Of a DNA stretch of 64,000 nt, positions 57,101 to 64,000 are shown in pieces. A program made the position numbers and the translations under genes. The stretch is from positions 1-64,000 of the forward strand of contig NW_015164305.1 in the NCBI RefSeq assembly GCF_001447785.1. The letters are read 5' to 3'. Numbering within the stretch: position 1 is the stretch's first letter; each line of letters opens with the position of its first letter. This DNA comes from Gekko japonicus (Eukaryota). The notes below the pieces were generated by a model, which was given only the letters and a program-made list of their open reading frames with translations, made no database searches and was not told where the DNA came from.

Positions 57101-60100
57101 GTGCCCAATTCTTTTGTCTGCAGCCTTGGGAAAACAAACCTTTCAGGAACTGTGGCATGAAAGGCGATGTCATATGTAATCTAGTATCATCTGCTAAGAA
57201 GAGACCTGGGCTAATTCCTAAGAGAAACAAAGCTATTCCCTCGTCTTTTGTGTGTGCTTATGTGGACCAGGAGAGTGACAAATATTAAGTATACTACAAG
57301 CTGCCCTTGAGCTTAGAAACTGATACCTATGGATGTCATCCTTGTTCAAGAAAAAAACAGGAGGCTGGCTTAGCTACTCATCATGTATTCTGCCACACTA
57401 ACCTTTTATTTGGTCCAAGAATTAACCAAATAGAATTTCCCAGTGCTTTTAAGAAATGGCATTGGGTATTAATCAGCAACATTTCATATTATCTAGCAGG
57501 GGACAGTGTACCATGTGTACAAAAAAGCGTAACAGTCTGTCTTTTGCCTAAATTAGCAAAGCCATCAGGAGGCTTAAGTAAAAGGTAAGATCAAATTAGT
57601 GCTTTGAAAAACTTTGTTGCTTGCCATTTAGCACAGCTGATGTTTGTTACAACCAAGGAATGAAAGAATAAATAAAATGAGCCTTTTTATTATAAAAGAA
57701 TGTAGAAGAGTGAACAGTGTAAGGCAAATAAAAGGAAAACAGAAAATGCAAGCATGTAATAAGACAAAATTGTTGGCGCACTGCTCTGACCTGGTTAGCC
57801 CAGGCAAACCTGATCTCATCAGATTTTGGAAGCTAAGCAGGGCCGACTCTGTCAAGAACTTGGATGAGAGACCTCTTTGAAATCAGGAGGTGGGGCAGGC
57901 TTTATTCAGCCACTTCTCTGAATATTCTTTAGGCTCCCAGTAGGGGTCAGTCACCAGAGGTTGCCATGATTTCCAGGTGCACTCACACGTATACATATAA
58001 AAATACAACCCCCCCCCCCAATTGTTGGAGCACTTGCATGCCCTCCTCTCTTAAGGTTATAAACAAAAACAGAGGTGTGAGAAGAAGGAGAGAAATCACA
58101 TAGTCCCGCTGTACAGTGCATTGCTCAGGCTGCTCCTGGAGTATTGTGTGCTGTTCTGGAGGCTTCACTTCAAAAGGGACATGGACAGAATGGAGCGGTT
58201 GCAGAGGAGAGTGATGAGGATGATGGGGGGGGGGGGCTGGAGACCAAGCCACTGATGGCTATTAGCTATCACAAAAAAGCAGATTTCAGAAACAGGTAAA
58301 TCATGCATCATACAGCACTATTCTTTCTGTATCAACTTTTGTGGCTCATTTGTGGATAGTAAACTTTCAGTTCTACATTCAGTTGAAGCGGTACCAACTC
58401 TTGGGTTAAAAATGCTTTGTTAGAACTAAGTTCCAAGCCAGAATGTCTCATGACTCTGATTAAAGCAGCAGTGTATTCTATTTGAAGGGTGGTTTTTTTC
58501 ATTCTCAGAGAAATGGCTGAATTGGCCAAGAAGAGAAACTTAATTAATGGCTTTCACTTACTTATTCTGAACTCCAGTCATTCCCACACTGTGTGTCCAT
58601 TTTTTTTGCCCTGCTTTGATAATTGCAGAATAATGAGGGCATTGTTCATATTTTTCGCTCTAGATCAAGAGGACATTCCAGAGCAGCTCGAAAGCAATGT
58701 GTCACATCCATCCGGGAACATTGTTAGCGGAAGCCAAGGCCCACTCTCTATGCCGCCAACAGTTACTTCTCAGCAAGACACAAGTGAGTTTTCATCTCAG
58801 ACAAGTGTGAATATCCTTTTTAGCTAACATATTTTATCAAATGATACAGAAGTTAAAGCTTTCAGAACATCCTGCTACTGTTCGTAAAAGGGAATGGAGA
58901 CTGTGTCTTTTAGATTTGTCGCATCAGTTGTGCTACCTTTTTTGCATGGTTAAGGCAGACTTTTATTGCTTAAATTAGGCCTCTTAAAATCGAGAGCCAG
59001 CGTGGTGCAGTGGTTAAGAGTGGAAGACTCTAATCTAGAGAATGGGGTTTGATTCCCCACTCCTCTCCGTGCAGCCTGCTGGGCGAGCCTGGGCCAGCCA
59101 CAGCTCTCTCAGGTGCCGGTTGTGGGGAAGGGAAGGCAATTGTAAGTCACTTTGGGACTCCTTAGGGTAGAGAAAAGAGGGCTATAGAAGCCAACTTTTC
59201 TTCTTCTAGGCTTCAAATTCTACTTTTAAATGTTTCTTAAGCATTAAGTCCCTTCTTGTTTGCACCTTCTCATTCACAATTTTTTTTCTAAATTATCTAA
59301 AATGTTAGTAAAACTGAGTGGTACATTTCATGAAATAAGCTGTGGCAATTCTGAATGTGTGTACACCAGCTTGGGGTGGTTGACTGGGAACATGGCAGGT
59401 AAAATGGAACACTTGTAGATCTTGACATTATGGTGCTGCCAGCCATGATGTGAATTCATGAAACGGGGCAAGATTGTGACCGGATGGCAGGAAGGTGATT
59501 AAGATGCATTGTTCACCCCATGATGGGTGATCAGGGTATATTGTGGAGGTGTCAAGCAGTAGCCTGTCTGACAGAAGTAGTCCATGATAAATGGATATAG
59601 CCTGTTAATTCGTTGTGTAGGATATATTTGAAGGAGCTCTAAACAGTGACAGATTTTGCAAAATAACTTAAACAACATCCTTAAGCACTTTCACAGATTG
59701 TCAGGTAAGCTAGGAAAGATACAGGAAGTCCAGTGCCAGTACTTCCAACTTTCGTGTTCAAATGTAGAGTCTCAGAACTTTAAAGTTGGAAGCTTAGGAC
59801 TAGTCTCAAGGTTCCTATATTAAGAAGAGGCAATGCTTAGGAGTGCTTATCTGGGTAAATGATAATTTTGTAATGTGACTTTAGCAGCCTAGCATTTGGT
59901 GATTATTGCTTTGAATGTATCAGGTAGACGAGAGCTTACAGTTGTAGAGACTCAAAGGCAACTTGAAGAACAAGAGGAGGATGAGGAGGAGAAAAAATGG
60001 GAAGAAGAAAGGAGGAGCAGGGAAGAAAGAAGGCTGAGAGAGAAACAAGCAGCTTTGGAAAGAGAACAAGCAGAACTGGAAAAACTGAATGAAGAAATGG

Positions 60101-63100
60101 TAATATGTTTTGATCCCTTTTAATTAAAGTGCATTGTGAGCTGTTTTTCTTTTGTTGGAAATGAAGTTGCAGCACCCTTACTGGATTCTGGCTGCTTATA
60201 AACAATAACCTGTCAGCAACCTGCACACAAGAGGCTGCCTTATACTGAATCAGACCATTGGTCCATCAAAGTTAGTATCATCTACTCCAACTGGGGGCAG
60301 CTCTCCAGAGTCTTATGTAGAAGTCTTTCATGTCACTTGCTCCCTGGTCCTTTTGAGTGGAGAGATTCCGGGCATTGAACTCTGGACCGTCTGCATGCCC
60401 AGCAGATTCTCCACCACTGAGTCACAGCTCCTCCTCCGGAACCTGGAGGCAGTAATATGGAGCAATTTATTTTATGTGTGCACATGCGTCGTGCAATGTT
60501 GCCGCTTATTTTGCATGTCTTCAAATAATTGTCTACAAATGCTCAGACAAGTGCCCAGAAATATAACTAGCACTGTTGGAGTGGATACACATATGTTTTA
60601 GAGTGACTGGTTTGGGGCATAGGCAGGGTAGCTCACCACCATACAGCTCCTGCCACCATACACAGTGCTTTCCAAATTGGTTTTTAAAGTTTAGTATGTG
60701 AGAAAATATGTACATATCCACCAGTGCTCTAATGTCATCCTTGAAAAATAACTGAGAGCATTCCCTTAGCATTAAATTGACCTGCAGATGTTGCTTGCCA
60801 CCTACACTAGTCAAATTCATCACTAGATTTACTTGCATAGCACTCAGGGATGCTTGTTTGAGCTAAAAATCAGGGAAACCGTGAATCGATTTTCTCTTAC
60901 ATGGTTATCCTCCCCCTCTCAAAATATTTGGACTGTTACAAGAACTGTTGGTGTTGGATTAGGACTGTTTGTTTATATTAGTTAATTACTCTGCTGATCA
61001 TCTTAAACACTACCTAGTAGTGTTGTCCAAATGTTATTTTCTGAGAGAATGGTTATGCTGTCCCTATTTATCCTGCAAGAGTAGAGAAATGATTGAAGAA
61101 GAAAAAACATCAAGGCTGTTTTGTGAAATATGGGGTTTGGAATGCTTGTGAATATGTGGCTTATTGCTAGAGGAAAAGCTCCAGCCTGCTGCTTAAAATG
61201 GTGAAGAAGTGTTCTTTGTAATATGTGTTCAATGATCATCTATTTCATTATAGAGACAAAGTACTCTGATGAGGAACTGGGGTTTTGTGTTTTGTTTTCT
61301 GCAGCAAAACAACTTTATAGGACGTGGTGGTGGGTACTATGTAGGGCTCTTGAGGCATATCCTATGGGATTAAATATTTGAGAACCATTTTAGGGAGCTG
61401 ATTTTTGTTCTACAATTTGAAAACCAAATGAAAATATCCTTCAGTTCCTACTTAAGCAAACCACTTACTAATCTATTTGGAGGGTGCTTGGCTAAAAATG
61501 GCTGAAGCTGTTTTGTGCAATTAAAAATGTTATTTAACATGTTATCTTTTGTTCCATGTAGTTAATCTGTTTTACTGTTTGGGCTTCTTTTTACACATTA
61601 AGTGATACTACAGGTTTTAAATAACTCATTGAACATGAAGGTGAGCTATAAATATGTTAAAGAAATTATTAACAATAAAATTGATAAATTATGAGTCTAT
61701 ATTTAAAATCTTTGAGGCAGCATAGGGTGTTTAATGTAGACAGACAAGGATTTTGTTACTAGTGGGTCATGTTCAGTTGGTTATATTCACAAATACAGTT
61801 TTTCCGGTACTCTCTTAAGCATATTCAAGTGTCAGTGGCAACTAAAGAGAAAACACAAGATGAAAAAACAAAATTAGAAGAAAGTCTGCTGAAAGCTGAA
61901 GACCACAGTGGTGATCCGTTGGAGAAATACATGAAAATGGTTCAACAGAATCAAGAGCAAGAGATTGCAAAAAAGGTGATATTTTCTGTCAGTAGATAGT
62001 TAGAAATTATGTAACTGAAAGCCAAATGAGATTTGGAATTAGTGTACTGCAGGGAACAGGAGCAGGAGTCCCATAATTTCAGTCAGGCTTGATTTTAAAT
62101 GTGACACCAGCTACTGCTTTTCATAATGCAAAAGTACAAGTGAGGATTTTTTGCCCATCCAGCATTACATTTAAATCAGGTCTTAGGCTACCCCTTGCAG
62201 CTGTTCTTTGCATTTTCACACTAAGCAAGCATGCAAGACAGCACATAGAATGAGGATCCACTTCTTTATGTGGATTAAAAAGGTTACATGTTTTTAGCTT
62301 TTTTGTGGGTACTGGAGAATTGTCTATCTCGGAGTTTCTTCTCTCTCTCTTGATTTCTGTTGCCATACATAGCCAGTTTAATATAGTACATGACACATTG
62401 GTTTGCATAATTATTTCTCTTGATAATTGAGAAATGAAGTATTGCAAGGTATTGTGCTTGGTGTTGATGCAGAGCTTGCAGTGTTTGAGTTTGGACATTA
62501 ACACCATCAAACTGCAGGCACTTATAGAGCAAAGCTTAAACATGTCGCACCAAGTTTTTAGGTTTTGCCTGTAACTTGCTCAAATGCCCGTGATTCCAAA
62601 TAGTCATACTTCAGTTACAGCTTTCTGACTTACGTAATCATTCGTGTCTGAGGGAGAGGCTTTCAGTATCCGATGCTTGGTATATTTGAGTTCAGCTTGG
62701 AAAGTCATCTGTTGCAACTTGTCAGTAGTAATGCAATTATCTGATTACATTTTTGCTATATTATAAACAGAAACATTCAGATAGTGGAATGTGAGAGTGT
62801 TAACTAGGCATTGAAACTTCTGTCCATATGTATGTTGATAATCCAGGTCTAAGAACTATGAGAAGTCATAATTAACTTACTGGGAAGTACTGAGTGTTTC
62901 TGCCCTGTATGTACTTGATCATATGCAGGCATGGAGTAGCTAGCCGCTCCCCTTTAATTCCAACCAGTTCAGAGTTGTGTTTTATGGGATTTTCTGCTTG
63001 TTCTCTTAAGATTTAGACTTTATACTGAACTGCTTTCTCAGTGCTTTCTTATTCACTAAGCTTTCTTTTAAAGCCAATACGTCGTAGTAAGAGATTCTTA

Positions 63101-63885
63101 GCCTCAACTTAAGTATAGAATACTGGTTTTGGCTTCTACTACCCAACCAAAAGAGCACGAAAATATATAGATAGAAATTATCTGCACACGAGTGGAGAAC
63201 ACAAAACCTGGTATTGTCTGGAAAAGATCACAGCTCTGCTGTCCACTTGGTCACTAGGCTAATAACATGGTGTATCCAGGTATGGTGAACTCAGTTCCTC
63301 ATATGAAAGCCATCCAAAGCAGACTTAGATGCTTATGTCCACTGACTTCAGTGGACTTAAAAACTGGTGTAATGCTGCTTAGGGTGGCACTGAAAATCTG
63401 TTAAATCTGAGCAGGCACCATTTTTAAAAATGAAGCCTGTCTACAGCAATGTATAAGAAGAGTTATCTTCCACTGATGTAGAGATGGCAGAGTGGCCATT
63501 GTACTGGCTCCAACCAACTACTATTTTGCTGTTTCCTTCCAGAACTGATTCACACAGAGTAAATATAATATGAGCTGAATTTCATATCTCCCTTCTTTCA
63601 TTTCAAATTCAGTAGGCATTTATGGCAGGGACTGGACCCATGTATTCTATTTCATAGTATAACACTGGAAAATTAAGAGCTTACCAAAACAATTTTGGTA
63701 GCAATTTTGGTAAACAACTTTCTTAGCTTTATAAGTAATCCTACTTGCAAATTTATATACAATAATAGTAGTGTAAAGAGATGCTAAATCACCCAGTAAT
63801 TACTTTCTCTTACCGGCTAGACTTCCAAGGAAGAAGATGCTGAAGTATCATCAGAGAGATTCCCAGGCAGTGAAAGGGAGGACAG
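39050..63885 (+). CDS. OFD1: OFD1 centriole and centriolar satellite protein (21 coding exons, ~1002 aa in window, 3' end beyond window)
   Basis: [24 protein letters not shown], LisH ([26 protein letters not shown]), coiled coils, [20 protein letters not shown] and PLEKYMK. All exons join in frame with GT-AG introns. Confidence 0.95.
39223..39575 (-). mobile_element. Sauria SINE with TSD
   Basis: (ACCTTT)-type tail, Bov-B-like 3' part, ggtcatgtggctggcatgact body, and TSD ttactgtt at 39214-39221 and 39576-39583. Confidence 0.85.
40445..40645 (+). CDS. OFD1: OFD1 exon 3 (LisH)
   Basis: [12 protein letters not shown]...ESGLEKNK, 201 nt. Confidence 0.93.
41583..41651 (+). CDS. OFD1: OFD1 exon 4
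   Basis: [23 protein letters not shown], 69 nt. Confidence 0.9.
41729..41759 (+). CDS. OFD1: OFD1 exon 5
   Basis: 31 nt, ttttacag / gtatga. Confidence 0.88.
42123..42230 (+). CDS. OFD1: OFD1 exon 6
   Basis: [13 protein letters not shown]...CNAGTQT...ESI, gtaagt donor. Confidence 0.85.
43105..43241 (+). CDS. OFD1: OFD1 exon 7
   Basis: [17 protein letters not shown]..., 137 nt. Confidence 0.92.
44281..44454 (+). CDS. OFD1: OFD1 exon 8
   Basis: [13 protein letters not shown]...LQKQQE, 174 nt. Confidence 0.92.
44503..44690 (+). mobile_element. 5S rRNA-derived SINE
   Basis: tctgatcttggaagctaagcagggttggccttggttagtgcttgggtggg resembles the 5S internal control region. Confidence 0.75.
45450..45556 (+). 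CDS. OFD1: OFD1 exon 9
   Basis: [17 protein letters not shown]..., 107 nt. Confidence 0.92.
45603..46477 (-). mobile_element. 5'-truncated L1-type LINE with poly(A) and 13-bp TSD
   Basis: ORF2 CCHC region (KCWKCKK..SHMWWTC), T-run at 45604-45615, tttatt signal, and TSD gaaagtctcccat at 45590-45602 and 46478-46490. Confidence 0.88.
47475..47594 (+). CDS. OFD1: OFD1 exon 10
   Basis: [10 protein letters not shown]...[13 protein letters not shown], 120 nt. Confidence 0.92.
48592..48665 (+). CDS. OFD1: OFD1 exon 11
   Basis: [13 protein letters not shown]..., 74 nt. Confidence 0.92.
48746..48837 (+). CDS. OFD1: OFD1 exon 12
   Basis: RAVFLHQE...RAKELE, 92 nt. Confidence 0.9.
48973..49162 (+). 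CDS. OFD1: OFD1 exon 13
   Basis: RELDSVKAQ...[10 protein letters not shown], 190 nt. Confidence 0.92.
49690..49856. mobile_element. Penelope-like hairpin (second subfamily), degenerate hammerhead core
   Basis: Inverted arms agtccagtagc...gatttccagggtat / atacccctggaaatc...gctactggact. Centre ctgatggagggagctttgactctcaaaagctca. Confidence 0.65.
50211..50483. mobile_element. MITE, possibly PIF/Harbinger
   Basis: TIR gggtctaactgc / gtagttaggccc (10/12 match) with a 3-bp flanking duplication tga. Confidence 0.5.
50716..50846 (+). CDS. OFD1: OFD1 exon 14
   Basis: LTQPSSEY...LEKQLQNE, 131 nt. Confidence 0.92.
51448..51559 (+). CDS. OFD1: OFD1 exon 15
   Basis: VDNCVKLK...[10 protein letters not shown], 112 nt. 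Confidence 0.92.
52891..53161 (-). mobile_element. tRNA-derived SINE (Squam3-like)
   Basis: Reverse copy of the 11502 family. Confidence 0.85.
53954..54532 (+). CDS. OFD1: OFD1 exon 16
   Basis: [11 protein letters not shown]...[24 protein letters not shown]...RRLSSTP, 579 nt. Confidence 0.93.
54660..54946 (-). mobile_element. tRNA-derived SINE (Squam3-like)
   Basis: Reverse copy of the 11502 family. Confidence 0.85.
55715..55862 (+). CDS. OFD1: OFD1 exon 17
   Basis: Ser/Pro-rich, ...SPVPSEQKM, phases 1/2 fit the neighbouring exons. Confidence 0.82.
56695..56795 (+). CDS. OFD1: OFD1 exon 18
   Basis: 101 nt, strong splice sites, phases 2/1. Confidence 0.82.
56850..56962 (-). mobile_element. 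5S rRNA-derived SINE fragment
   Basis: ggtctcccatccaaat..taaccagggcc..cttagcttc..gatctgacgagatc is antisense to 5S. Confidence 0.75.
57785..57998 (+). mobile_element. 5S rRNA-derived SINE
   Basis: ctgatctcatcagattttggaagctaagcagggcc...ttggatgagagacc with a (CA/TA) tail. Same family as 18959. Confidence 0.75.
58664..58783 (+). CDS. OFD1: OFD1 exon 19
   Basis: [10 protein letters not shown]..., 120 nt, gtgagt donor. Confidence 0.82.
58992..59207 (+). mobile_element. tRNA-derived SINE (Squam3-like, shorter subfamily)
   Basis: gagagccagcgtggtgcagtggttaag...gtttgattcccc...ttcttct. Confidence 0.8.
59924..60099 (+). CDS. OFD1: OFD1 exon 20
   Basis: Glu/Arg-rich coiled coil [17 protein letters not shown], 176 nt. 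Confidence 0.88.
60225..60435 (-). mobile_element. tRNA-derived SINE with CR1-like tail
   Basis: Minus strand: gtgactcagtggtggagaatctgctgggcatgcagacggtccagagttcaatgccc...tggtctgattcagtataaggcagc. Confidence 0.7.
61799..61975 (+). CDS. OFD1: OFD1 exon 21 (acceptor less certain)
   Basis: ...[17 protein letters not shown], 177 nt. Confidence 0.8.
63821..63885 (+). CDS. OFD1: OFD1 exon 22
   Basis: [21 protein letters not shown], ggctag / gtatat. Confidence 0.72.
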
Positions 63886-64000
63886 GTATATACTCTTGGC
63901 ATTTCTCCTTAATATATTCCTTTGTTAAAGGAAGATAGAACTGATTTTGATTCTTTAGATTGGGGAAACTTTTATTCACCACTGTGACAACTATTGTATA

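Overview
Vertebrate nuclear DNA, most likely a squamate and probably a gecko, judged from Sauria and Squam3-like SINEs plus CR1, L2, RTE-X and Penelope remnants. The window carries the gene block syntenic with human Xp22.2. TCEANC (+) has a single coding exon (1998-3059). RAB9A (+) has a CpG-island promoter near 9.1-9.5 kb and CDS 24125-24730. TRAPPC2/sedlin (-) has 4 coding exons (35338 to 29865) and a U12-type AT-AC intron. OFD1 (+) has 21 traced coding exons (39050-63885), with the last exon beyond the window. TRAPPC2 and OFD1 share a bidirectional promoter near 37.5-37.9 kb. Introns and intergenic DNA hold many TE fragments, several with visible target-site duplications (TSDs), two tandem arrays (61-bp and 185-bp units) and a 139-N gap. 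I found no novel multi-gene system. The best leads are a possible uORF/micro-exon switch on RAB9A, hammerhead-ribozyme-like Penelope hairpins, a large fold-back element, a GGAATG-rich minisatellite, a duplicated OFD1 first-exon end and RFX/CLEAR promoter motifs. Comparisons with human exon sizes are from memory and were not computed.
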